Part shown: piece after piece, positions 41,825 through 53,700 of the stretch
How positions within the stretch are numbered: the stretch's first letter is position 1
Layout of the letters: every line of letters starts with the position of its first letter
DNA from: Entomortierella parvispora E1425
Lineage: Eukaryota; Fungi; Mortierellomycota
Direction of reading: 5' to 3'
Assembly: GCA_020891255.1 (NCBI GenBank)
Contig: BQFW01000009.1
Coordinates: forward strand, 1,116,001 to 1,180,000
Length of the DNA stretch: 64,000 bases
Made by a program: the position numbers and the translations under genes
The notes under the pieces: generated by a model
The model's input: the letters and a program-made list of their open reading frames with translations, nothing else
Database searches by the model: none
Told to the model about the DNA's origin: nothing

Positions 41825-43642
41825 TCAAGGCTTCCACGAAGAGGCCCAGAGAGCAACTACGGCCCAAGCTAGGACACAGGGCACCGCGAACACAACATAG
41901 CTCCAAAACAACAAATTGGCCATGTTCTTTTCTTGGAATCCCGTGATCTGGCAAATCTGGATCAGGTTGATGGCCGTCGGAGCAGAGATCATGAGAACCA
42001 AGGTCAACCTAAAAGCAGGATCTGCAGTCAAGATTGGCGAGAGGTCCCAGGGGCAAAAGAGGATCAGGGGAAGCGCAATGCTTGGGACCACCACCATACG
42101 CCCCACAATTGTAAACTGAATGGGAGTCAGCCATCCTTTTGTTAGCTGAGACGGGCGACCTGTAGAGGATGGACCCAATAATGGCTGAGATTCTAGCGCT
42201 TCATTGTCCTCATGATCGTTGTTGTTATCTGTAAAATGTCCATTCCTCTGTTGATCTGGTGGTGCAGTTGATCCTGACACTTGAGAGTTCTGCTCATCGT
42301 CAACTCCAGTTACGGAGGATGCACCAGACAGGGTCACAGAGGTGGATGCTGGCGACTCTGTTCCTGAAGGGAGCTCCGAATCAAAGGAAACTACCTGTGC
42401 ACCTAGGCACACCAAAATCAAGGGGACTGCGGCGTTGCTGCAAGTTTCCAATGGCCGAACAAGGAATGTGTAGACCTTGGATTCAGGAGACATCATCAAC
42501 CTGTGGAGTGGCGGAACTAGAGCGACGAGCAGCGCAAGACAGGCAGTGACGAGCGGTGGTGTCAAAAATGAAGTCAGTCGACTCGGGAGTTGAGCAAACC
42601 AGGTCTTTAGGCGTTGACCAAGCGATTCCTTGCTGCTGCTGTACTGAACTCCGGAATGACCTTGCGCCTGATGTTGGACATTGCTGTTTGGTGTGTTTTC
42701 ATATTCCGGGTCAATCTGGACAATAACACCCTGTGATTCCTGTGGGGCCGAATAGCTGTTGCTGATGCTGTTGCTGATCGGTGCCGACTTGAGAAAGGAC
42801 GGGTTGTCTTGAGGATGGTTCGCGAGCATGTTGATGCCATAGGACCATCGCACCAAACTGTCGCACACGCTGTAGAAGAGAATATACGAGACGCCCCTAG
42901 TGAAAGAAAACAAGGTTGTCAGATCAAGTCTGGTTTGGTTGCCACTAAAAAGGAGCTCTCTCCTGCTGAAAATTGCGCCATCGGGTACAGATCGCTCGAT
43001 ACCTGGCCACAACTGCATCCTTGGTGTCATCTTCATCTCGCAGTAGCCTCGACCCAGCCGCGCTCAGGGCCAACGAGTGGATCAAGGCCAGGGGGAGTGA
43101 TTGGTTGTTGAAGAACAGGATCCCTGCTGTGGCAAACCGAGTGTCTGCGCTGTTGAACCCAAGGATCTTTGCTCCGATGCGCGAGACTGTCAGCGAGAGC
43201 GCGGAGAAGCAGACATAGAAGACAGGTATGGGCCAGAAGGACAAGAGCCGGTCCCAGCTCAGCGCGGACGCGATCTTTGTGAAGATCAGACAGGGCGTGA
43301 AGAAGTAAAGGTTGACTTTGGTAATGGACTAGAAAGGGGAATGAGAAAGGTATTAGACCCGAAGTGGATATGGCAGTTGCAGCAATGACAGCATACCTTT
43401 TGAGCAGACGGAGAAAGGTGGCCAGTCTTGGCGAGCACGATGCCGCAAAAGACGACGACCAGGACCTGGAAGACTGCCTATGGTCGGACAGGGGACAATG
43501 GAAGGCAAGGGCGTGAGCTGGTCATGGATGCAATGGGATGGGATGGTCGACATGTCCTTCATTCGGTCATTCCGAGCAGCACACATGCCTCGGTGGCAGC
43601 TTCAGCCAGCACGCCCCAGTCGATGGCGGAGAGAATGAGCAT
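41825..43642 (-). CDS. Auxin efflux carrier (AEC / PIN-LIKES, Mem_trans) family transporter
   Basis: MLILSAIDWGVLAEAATE|AVFQVLVVVFCG (GC-AG intron 43588-43478), KVNLYFFTPCLIFTKI, FNNQSLPLALIHSLA, RGVSYILFYS, AAVPLILVCLGAQ and LVLMISAPTAINLIQICQ. Confidence 0.88.
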
Positions 43643-44290
43643 GAAGGAATGAAGAAAGAAAAGGAGAGGAATGAGTCTAGCAGTGGGAAGGAAGTGTTGG
43701 TTACGAGAGGAAAGGGAGGAAGGAGAGAAGGACAGGAGGAGAGAAGGAGAGAAGGAAAGAAGGAAAGAAGGACAGACAAAGAGATGCATGCACAATCACA
43801 CACGCCAGTCCGAGGGCGCAAGGCGACATCTCCTCTTCGGACGCGACCTTCCCCTTTGTCTGCGGAGGGTGTGGGGTGGGGTGCAGCGATGATGCATCTT
43901 GACGACTTTGGTCGGTCGGACAAGACTGACTAGCGCAGACAATGAGAGATAGGGAACAGGAACGGATATGGACAGCAGAGACACAAACACCCACGCTCTC
44001 ATTCGTTCATTCTGTGATTCTGTGGGTGCAACTGCCGTGTGTAATGACTGTTGTTCTGTTCCTGACATGGTTCACCCCTGCAAGGCGCCTTTGCCTTGCC
44101 GGGTTTGCCCTCATAGTTTGTCCCTCACTCTTCTTCTTCTTCTTCTGGCTTCCTGCCTTCTTTTTATCCCCTGCCAGGGTTCAGCTTTTCTCTCTTCTTT
44201 CTTCAATTGCTCTTCTTTCTTTCCTTCGTCTCTTCTTTCCTTTGTCTCCTCCCTTTTCTGTCCATCTTATCACCGCTTCATCCTCGCAAA

Positions 44291-45900
44291 ATGTTGACCA
44301 ATGAATCAAGGGCTATAGCTCAGGGTGACGCAGAGGTAGGCTGTCCACGTGGTCCATGTCCTTGTCGTTCTTCCACTCTCGCCTATACACTTCCTCTGCT
44401 CACTCACCCTTTTTATCTCCTCTTGAAGGTCCGTAGATGGCAGCAAGCGCGACGGGCAAATCATTCTTCCATGACCTGCTGCCCCCATTCTGTTCTCCGT
44501 CCAAGTCGGGGAATCCCTTACGACTACCTCATCATGCCCAGTCTAGGGCCTTGGCCCCTTCATTGAAAGGAGCTACACCACACTGAGGATCATTGCCCTC
44601 TGTAGGGCGCCGTACTCTGCTTTGGATGGAGTTCGCAAGAGTTACAACGTTCCAGCGACCTCGACAACCTTTGAAATCAGAAACCCAAGCGAGTTTCTGA
44701 GTAAACACCAGGACCTGGTATCTGGTGCATTTCTCCTGTGATTCATCTTTTCCACAGCCCCTGCACACGCAAACATTGCAGGCTACCCTTTCATCAACCT
44801 TTCTGATGCCCTGGTTGCCTGGAACAAGCTCTGGCTCGGCAGCCGGGAAAATGTCAAGCTCATCGGTATAGCGGTGGAAGCACCGTACACCTTCCTCTCT
44901 CTGCATTCAGACTACCAGTGCGAGGCTATGCTTAAAATTCTCAGCCAAGCGCGCACTGAGAGGCCTTTGAATGACAATTCCTACCGTTGCAACCTCCAAG
45001 GATTTAACAACGAAGGATGGGCTGAGATGGTTTGAAAGTGCATTGATTGTGCGGAGAGGACCCATCAGTTCGGATGGTCACCAAGTCACTCTTGAGCAGT
45101 TTGCACAACTTTCTCAGCGAAGGAACAGGTACAACGATATCACATTGGCTAACATTGATGGAGTCCAGATCCTTACCTACACTCTCAGCAACAGTACCAA
45201 TATGACCAAGGTCCACCTTTACATCGACATGCGCGTATTTTCGGACCCTATCAACACAGCCACATATCATACTATCCAGCCAACAGTGATGTATTTCGTC
45301 GAATGCTAGAGTCATTGCTCAGGCAGCTCTATCTCGAGGACGTCAAGATGGTCGCCTTCTCTAGTCAGCGTCATGCAAACGAGGTCTTCAGGATCATGGG
45401 CAAGATCTTTAGCGATGAAGCGATCACTCATGCAGCTGGTGCTAACATACTTGCCACTGGTCCTCCAGTCAAAGATTGACATCAAATGTTACCACCTCAA
45501 AGATCTTCGACTTGAGGGAATCCGAGTAGATACCGTGCAGGCTGCAGAAAACCTTGTCAAGTTGATCACTCAAAATAAGTCTTTGACCGTTCTGCATTTG
45601 AACCGAATGGGGTTTACGAAGGATAGTCTCGGTGTCTTGCTGTCCTCCAAGAATGTAAGCAAGCTGAAGACCAGACTTTTCAGCTTGAAGGAGTTTGTGC
45701 TGGCTGGGAATCGAGAGCTGTCGTGCAGTCAACTCTTTGACTTTGTGTCAATGGCTGTGGGAAACCCCAATACGATCAGGTTGAAGAAGCCGAACCTGAG
45801 TCAAAATGACCATGTTCGCTACCCAGGATGGAGCAGGTTCCTGATCGACTTTGAGATGCTCCGGAGCCAGCTGACAGGACTCATTCACTATGGGATGTAG
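44291..45900 (+). pseudogene. Frameshifted RNI-like/LRR gene (probable pseudogene)
   Basis: Protein-like segments alternate between frames with stops. The 3' part is LRR-like (LKDLRLEG, LTVLHLNRMG, LKEFVLAGN). ORFs 44971-45309 and 45373-45900 share a frame and are separated by a TAG. The intervening shifted frame reads RMLESLLRQLYLEDV... Confidence 0.5.
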
Positions 45901-46210
45901 GCAAGCGCGCAAATGAGCGCGCAGCTGGACTACTTCCTTTTTGGACAGCCATAAAAATATAAAAAAAGAAAATTATTTGTATGCGCCCTGCAGCATGCCG
46001 ATATCCTAGAGGGCTTTTCTGGATGGGATTGCCCCCTTTCTGCCTTTGCGACTCATGGGCTACATCTCCTTTCCCTCTTTCCGAATAAACGTATCCTCCT
46101 GGTTTTATTTGCACTCCGTTCCATACACTGGCCATGCTCGCTTTTCTTGTCTATCCATCCTCCTCGTCCAGCTCAATCTTCCTCTCTTCTTGCCCTACCC
46201 TACACTCCAC

Positions 46211-47722
46211 ATGATCTCCTCAAGGCAACCGCTCTTTGAGTTCCTCACCCTTTTCATTCTTCTAGTCTTGCTTCTGCCAATCGATGGTGCGCCTTTTACT
46301 TCTCACCAATCTCCCTCTCGTCGATCCATTTCGTCCTATACCCCATACACAACCACGTACCCAGCCAGCGTCTATATCGATGGCAAGGCCTTTTATATCC
46401 TTGGAGGCTTTAGTAATGTCACGATCGAGCGTCCTCAGCTGTTCAAGATTGATCTCTCCATCTCCTGGGCAACCACCCAACCAGCTTACACTCAGCTGAA
46501 GGATGAACTCGACTCCAGTGCTGGAGCCATGGCCAATGCCCTGACGGCGGATCAACAGACCTGGTTCCTGTTGCCAGGTGATGGCTTCCCACAACTCTAC
46601 AATATCAACACTGGCACCTGGAATTTGGTCACCACCTCTCGAGGCGATCCTGTGGGACCTGCCACGGGCTCATTGCTCCAGGCTGGCGCTTTGTCCGCAG
46701 CGACAGACCCCAACTCGAGCATCATCTATGTACCCAATGGGTATACCAGTCCTGGCACGGGGGTGCCAAGCTTGCTTGGGTACGCAGTAGAATCCAACAC
46801 GGCGAGCCATACAAAGATGCATCCTGATTTGGCTTTATTGGCCGCGTTCTCGGTGGCGTGGGCTCAGAACTCGATGGACAATGGTGGAAGTCTCTATGTC
46901 TTTGGTGGCGCAACAATGGCTAGTCTTTCTGTGGATGAAGGGGCGAAGCCAAGCTGCCGGAACACCCTCTACAGCTATGACCCCGTTGCAGACTTGTGGT
47001 CTGTACAACCACAACAGGGCGAGACGGTCCCTTCGGCTCGGCGAGATGGCTGTTTGGTCCCTTTCCAGAACGGCGCCAAACTGGTTCTCTTTGGTGGGAT
47101 GTCCGATCAAGGGGCTGCCATCCTAGGAGATGTATACATCTTTGACACCGTCTCCAAGATCTGGACCAGAGGCCAGGATGTGGTCACGTCGGATGTCCGG
47201 TATGGACATGCTTGCGCAGTCTCGAAGGATATGTTGATTGTCTGGGGCGGGTCCAACTTGTATAACGCACAGCAGACAAGACCTTTTACGTCGGCCACGC
47301 TGGTCTATGACTTGAGGAGAGGTCGTTGGGTAGACACCTATGTACCCACTAGTGCTCCTTCCACCTCCCCACCATTTCCAAACAGCCCAGGGACCTCAAT
47401 GGCTCGTCAGCGATCCTTGGCGATCGTTTTTGGTCTCTTGGGGGCGGTCTTGGTGATCGTGGCCGTTCTGTACATGTTCAGCTCAAGACTGCGACACTAT
47501 TGTCGAAGGATGAGTCGCCGTCGTCCCAAGAAAAGCGAGGGAGGAGGAGAACGGCGAGGAGACGTAGATCAAAAGTATCATGGCAGGGTGGATTCACTCT
47601 ATGGCGACGATAATCGACCGTCGGCCCCTCTGCCTGCGCACTGCCGTTCGTTAATGGATAAAGCCCCCATCTGCATCCAGGCAAGCCCAGACTATAATCC
47701 AGGAGACCACTGCCAGTGGTGA
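46211..47722 (+). CDS. Type-I membrane Kelch/galactose-oxidase-like beta-propeller protein
   Basis: Signal peptide (FEFLTLFILLVLLLPIDGA), Kelch GG repeats (FYILGG, LYVFGG, LVLFGG, LIVWGG) with W spacers, TM helix SLAIVFGLLGAVLVIVAVLYMF followed by basic RRMSRRRPKK. A further 3' exon is possible (GTGAG donor at the stop). Confidence 0.8.
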   Translation: MISSRQPLFEFLTLFILLVLLLPIDGAPFTSHQSPSRRSISSYTPYTTTYPASVYIDGKAFYILGGFSNVTIERPQLFKIDLSISWATTQPAYTQLKDELDSSAGAMANALTADQQTWFLLPGDGFPQLYNINTGTWNLVTTSRGDPVGPATGSLLQAGALSAATDPNSSIIYVPNGYTSPGTGVPSLLGYAVESNTASHTKMHPDLALLAAFSVAWAQNSMDNGGSLYVFGGATMASLSVDEGAKPSCRNTLYSYDPVADLWSVQPQQGETVPSARRDGCLVPFQNGAKLVLFGGMSDQGAAILGDVYIFDTVSKIWTRGQDVVTSDVRYGHACAVSKDMLIVWGGSNLYNAQQTRPFTSATLVYDLRRGRWVDTYVPTSAPSTSPPFPNSPGTSMARQRSLAIVFGLLGAVLVIVAVLYMFSSRLRHYCRRMSRRRPKKSEGGGERRGDVDQKYHGRVDSLYGDDNRPSAPLPAHCRSLMDKAPICIQASPDYNPGDHCQW

Positions 47723-48968
47723 GGGTTTGTTTTCACATACGATCAATTGTAGCTCCTCTGCCTCAAAGCGTCATGGGCAATTGCGAGGCGGGCTGGAGCG
47801 CACGGCTGACAAGAGCTGCAGAACCTGCTGTTGCCACTCTTCCCAGGCACGATCCAGCATTATTTTGTTTTTGCAACACTGGCCAAACAAGACTTGCTGG
47901 GTTAGGCTCAGCACCTCTCAAAAACCCTTGAACTGCAATATGTGACATTGAAAGAAGCACATTCATAGCCTGTCGAGGAGAAAAACGTGTTGTAGTTGCC
48001 AAGCAAAAAGTCAAAAGCAGTTAGGCCGCCTCGACCTTCCTACATACAACCTTCCTAGGATTTTGGCCAATTGCTTCTTTGAAAACTACTCTAGGAAAAG
48101 AGAGTGTATATAAGAGAGCGAGGAAGAGAGCAAATGAGGCGATCCGATGCAAACAGCAGCGGTTGGTCATACTGCCAGGGATCTGTTGGCGTACGACAAT
48201 AGACTCAGCGAAGAGGGAGAATGAAACTTGGGTGAGACGGAATAGACTGTGAATGTTCTTTGGCGCATTGCGCCCAAAAGATGGAAGCCAGGGAAGGACG
48301 ATCTGCCATTCTGCCCGCTGTTTGCTGTCAAGGTTTAGTTGGTGTCTTTTTTCCCCTTTTTTGGACCACACGGCACATCCTTTTCCAGGATTGTACTCGA
48401 TTGTGGCCGTTCGAGGCTTGCAGATCGTTGCAGGTTAGGAGGGCTCAAGAAGAACTCTATACAGATCTGTGTTGGTGCTTGAAAAATACAAAAGACGGCT
48501 CGAGCACTGAAACAGGTTGAACCATTTACCCTCAAGAACTGGGTGACCATCCAAAAAAAAAAAAAAAAAATAAAAAAAAAATAAAGCAGGCTCCGATATG
48601 GGGACGGGTGGTCGCGTGAAGTGAGAGTGGAATAAAGCGACGTGGGTGCTTGCGCTGCGCAACAAATCAATCGCCGCTTGCTCGTGCGAACCAACAGACG
48701 GTGCAACAAGGAGAATAAACCAAAAGGAGGCAGAGAGAAAAGAGCGCACCAAAAGGGGCATGGATCTGATAAGCGGCCCGAGCCAGCCCAGATAACCTTA
48801 ATCCCAGGATCTGATAAAGATGGGTTACAATCCAGGCTTTTATTTTTTTATTTTCTCTCTCTTCTCTCTTTTCTTGTCATACATTCATACAGACACACAC
48901 ACTCACTCACAGACGCCACAGCTCCCATCCTCTCCTCTCTCTCCCACTCACTCTTCTGACCAAGTAAC

Positions 48969-50472
48969 ATGTCATCAGCAGAAACTACAAAGGAGGTGGT
49001 CACCCTTCGCCCCAAGAAGAACATTGTCATCATTGGCGGTTCTTGTGTTGGTAAAGAACAACAGACCTTTTTATTACTTGTTGGCAGAAAGCTGACATTT
49101 TCTTAATGGCTCTACTCCACCAGCGACTGACCCACTCACCCAACCTCGCTTTTAAACCACCCATCTCTATACCATTAGCCATCTCGTCCATCTTGACGGC
49201 CAAAAGTATCATGCCTTCGACCCATCGGGTCATCGTCATTGAGAAGCATTCGCATTTCCACTACATGTTTGCTTTCCCACGTGCGACCGTGATTTCTGGA
49301 TGGGAGAACGAACTCTTTGTCCCTTACACCAAGGCCTTTGCCGATTGCCCCGAGAAGGGCCAGGTGATCCAAGCCTTGGCGACCAAGATTACAAAGACTC
49401 ACGTGGAACTCGACCGGTCAGTGGAAGGGTTCGGGACCCAGGTCGAGTACGAGTATTTGATTTACGGCACAGGGGCTCGTCACCCTGAGCCAGGTAACTT
49501 GAACGATCACGATACGAAGGAAGGAGCCATCCAGCGCCTCAAGGAGACGCAAGTCAAGATCCAAAAGGCCAAAAAGATCTTGTTGATTGGTGGAGGGGCC
49601 GTGGGGTTGGAACTCGCAGTCGAGATTCGTGAACATTACCCAGACAAGGAAGTCACCTTGGTCCACTCCAGGGACAGATACATGCCCTCCTACAAGCTTG
49701 CGATGCACGACAAGTCTGTCTCGGTCTTGAAAGAGTTTGGCGTGAACCAGATCTTGGGTGACAGAGTGATCATCCCAGACGGAGGATTCAAGGACGACTT
49801 TGAGATGATCAAGGTCTCTACCAAGAATGGAAAGGAGATTGAATCTGATCTCCAGGTAAGAGATACTCGACTGACAGCAGATCTGCAGTTAGCCCTTGCT
49901 GGCGGCAAAAATAACGAGGTTGGCATGGGAGCGTTCATCTAGACTAACATGCCCTTGTTTTTTTTATTTCCTCTTGTTTCTTTCTTTTTTTTTTTTCATT
50001 TTGGGACCAGATCCTTTGCACAGGAATGACACCCCAGAGCGACCTCCTCGGCGCCCTTTCACCTTCCTCCATCAACCCTACAAGCCGCCTCGTCAAGATC
50101 AAGCCCACGCTCCAAATCACTGACGACGCCTTCCCGAACATCTTTGCTGCCGGTGATGTGGCAGATCTGGATGTGGTCAAGACGGGCGGTGCGGCCTGGG
50201 GCCAGGCAGACACCTGCATGCGCAATATCTGCAAGATGATTGCCAACCCCAAGGTCGAGTCCAGTGCACTTGGAACTTATAGCCCCATGGCCCCCCAGAT
50301 CTTTTTGTACTATGGCACATCCCAGGCCATTGTCCAGATGAAATTGTTTGGCTTCTTGATCGTCACTGGATGGAACTTCTTGGTCAAGCGCTTCTTCAGT
50401 TACAACATCCATGCCGCTCGAGGCTGGACCTGGCTTGGCAGCACTCTCTCAAAGGAGACTGCAGACCTCTAA
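48969..50472 (+). CDS. AIFM2/FSP1 (AMID)-like FAD/NAD(P)H oxidoreductase
   Basis: NIVIIGGSCVG, YMFAFPRA, YEYLIYGTG, ILLIGGGAVGLELAVEI, VTLVHSR, VKPTLQI-like IKPTLQIT and NIFAAGDVAD across three exons. Confidence 0.88.
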
Positions 50473-50706
50473 ACCTATCATTTAATTCATTATATCCATT
50501 TCAGTCTCAATCCAATCTTAATAAATTCATCATTGCATTCATTCTTTCCATGACCCGGATCATGGTCATGACTTTTTGTCATGTTTGCACGACTCTAACA
50601 GGGGTGAAGTGGGCAGTTCATATTTATTCATCCAAAAAAAATAATAAATAAAGGTGATAGATTGTGGCGACTGCTCTGTCGCCCTTTAGAAACATTTCCT
50701 TTTCCT

Positions 50707-53700
50707 TTAAAGAGCACCATAGCCAGTTGTCTTGGAGTAGGTCTCCAAATGATCCAAGATGAAGGGGTACACGTCCTTGTAAGCACGGTCTCCCACAATG
50801 CAGTCCAAATGACCATAGCCAGGGATCAACTCCCGGCGGTACAGTCCCTTGTAATCAAACGTCATTCCAGTGGGGGGCAAAAGAATGTTCCTCAATTCCT
50901 CCAGCGACCTCACGGTCGACTCGGGCGTGAACACTTGGTTCTTGGCTCCATGGATGAAAAGGACGGGCATCTTGTCAAAGACGGATCGATGGAAGTTCTC
51001 GTCCGTCACCACATTCGTTCCCTCAGCGTCCGTCAAAGTCTGCTTCTTGGACCAGAGCGTGACCAATCCCTTCAAGGACTCAATGTTGATCGATCCCATG
51101 ATTTCGTCCAAATTATCGTGGAAATTCTTGGAAATCATATCGTGCTCCCAAAGGAGTCCAAAGCAGAACGAGGCACGGTGGCAGATGGCATTGTTGCAGT
51201 ACTCGTTGTCGGGCATGGGCATAAGTCGCAGAGTATTGTCAATGGCCCGGTCCAACATCGTGGGTTCCTTGGCAGGGGCTTCAGCGCTTGAGGTAGACAT
51301 TGATTGCAAAACGGGGGATGCATCGGGCGAATGAGTCAGGCAGTTGAACTCGTCTTGCTGGAGCACCTTCTCAAACAGAGTCACGAGCTGCAGCGACTGC
51401 TTGATCTTGTTGGCGGTCGAGAGCATGGGGTGGGTCGAAACCTGAGATGAGACTACAGAGCCAACACCTTCGATCTCTCCGTTCAACATTCCAGCCCAGA
51501 GGGTGACCGATCCAACGCAATGGGCAATCACTTGGATGTTCTTCACTCCCGTCTCCTTCAAAACGATTTGAATGGCGGCCTTGTGGTCGTGTGCTCCTCC
51601 GTAGATGTTGGATTGGCGGGTCGAGGCGGCCACCAGCTTGGACATGCGCCAGTCAGACAGCCAGACGTCGTAATCATGAGCCAAAAGATAGTCGCACAAG
51701 TTGTGGGGGATCAAATTGGTGGAAAAGATCTCTGAGCTCACGGAAGCACCATGCAGCTAACATTGTCAAGAAAGAGTAAAGTTAGTCTCCTCTCCATGGT
51801 GAACCCAATTCTAACCAGAGCTGAACAACTGAACATACCAGGAGAACGGGGCCCTTCTTGCCCTTATAGCGGGTCAGACGGGTCTTGAAGCCATCGGAAG
51901 ACAGAACATCAAAGACCTGGGGCTCAGGACGTTGACGATCATAGGTTTTCTTCTTGTGAGGATCTTCAGGATAAGCAAGCTCGTTGAGGAATGGCAAATA
52001 TGACTTGACGGTGGCGTTAATAGTCGAAGTTCCGAATTCCTTGATTGCTCTCAAGTTGGCACCGAGGCTTGTGCTGTCGCCGCGAAGAGAGGTGATTTGA
52101 GTGAAAAAATCGCCGTCATGTTCGCCCAACTTGCCTCGTCCATAGACCTTCTCGACACCATCCTCGTATTTGTAGACGGTCACCAAGACCTTAGAGGGCT
52201 TGATCCATCCTTCAAGCACATGTCCAGTCTTGATGGGCTTGCGACCCTCAAATCGGTAGCGCTCACCCGAGGCACAAAGGAGAACCATCTTGTAAATGAG
52301 AGCGCAGTCATCGGAGGGATCATCCTCGGTGCCGGTGTAGATCGTAAACACTCCACTCTCAATCATCATGGGCTGGTCAGACAAGGCTCTGCAGGAGGCA
52401 GTTCCGACAATGTTGGCACGGTGGTTGGTCTTTTTCAGGAACTCCTCGATAGGTCCAGTCGACAATGTCAAGACAACATTCAATGTCGATCCTGAAGAAC
52501 GTGCTTGAGCATCAGCAGTGTCGAAATCGTCGGTCAAGATCACAGTCGACAAATGACCCCTCAGCATCTCGGTGAAAGACACACCAGTCTTTTTCCTTTC
52601 TTCCTTCTTTTCTGGAGAAGACAAGGATTTGCCCCAGGTGGAGAAGACCGATGGAAGGGTTCTGCTAGGCTTGGCCTCATCCTTCTTATCATCCGAATCT
52701 GAATCAGAGCTAGAAGAGTCGGCGGGGTAGGGTTCCGACACGACCAAACCGCGAACCTCTCCATCCAGATCGGCAACATCCTGCAACGCCGATTGTTTGA
52801 GAGACTGGGCCAAGGCAGCTGCCTCGGGATTAGCCTCCAGCTCATTGTAGGGAATGGGGAACTGTGGCGTCTTGAAGTCGATGGGGACAAGGGTGGGGTC
52901 GTACTTGATGGTCCAGCCGCGGTCGCGGGCCAAAAGCGCGACGGCACGCTCAGCCAAGGCAGAGATGGTCAAGAAAGGGTTCACACCAAGAGACATGGGC
53001 ATGACTGCACCATCCATGACATAGAGTCCCTCGTACACTTCGGTTCCTTGTCCAGTAAAGACTTGACCCTTGTGGTTGATGACACCCTCCGCTCCTGAGC
53101 GAGCCATGCTGCATCCACCAATGGGGTGCACGGTCACCACAGCTTCCTCAGTGGCTGCGGTCAGTGGGTCGCGAACATAGGTACCTCGGACGGCCTCAGC
53201 CAAAGGCTCCAGCAATCGATCCAGTCTCGAAAAGTTTCGGCTAGAGCCCACACCTGGCCAGGCAATACGAATGCGGTCCTCCTTCAAGGACAACTCTCCA
53301 CGAGCGTCATCGTGAGACATGACCAAGAATGTCTGGGTGTTGGCCATGGCTCCTCTGTAGACACCTGCGACATAGGACGAAAGCTCACGGGCGTTCCTGT
53401 TAACCTTCTCCTGGAAACTCAAGTTCTCGGCCGTCTTGAGGGACTTGGACGACGTGTCACTCATGACCTGATAGATTGTTCGAAGGAAGAGCGCAGCCTG
53501 AGCGGGGATAGCGCCTTCCTCAACCACATAACCATCCATGACATTGGGTGTATCGCGGTAGTCGATGAGTCCAGTAATAACAGGTCCAACCTTGTTCTCA
53601 AACGACTTTGGATCCTCATCTCCCATTGAAACACCATTGACCAAGGTCTCGCCGTTGTACGAGAAGGCCAAGAACTAGAGGGAATAAAAAAAAAGTACCG

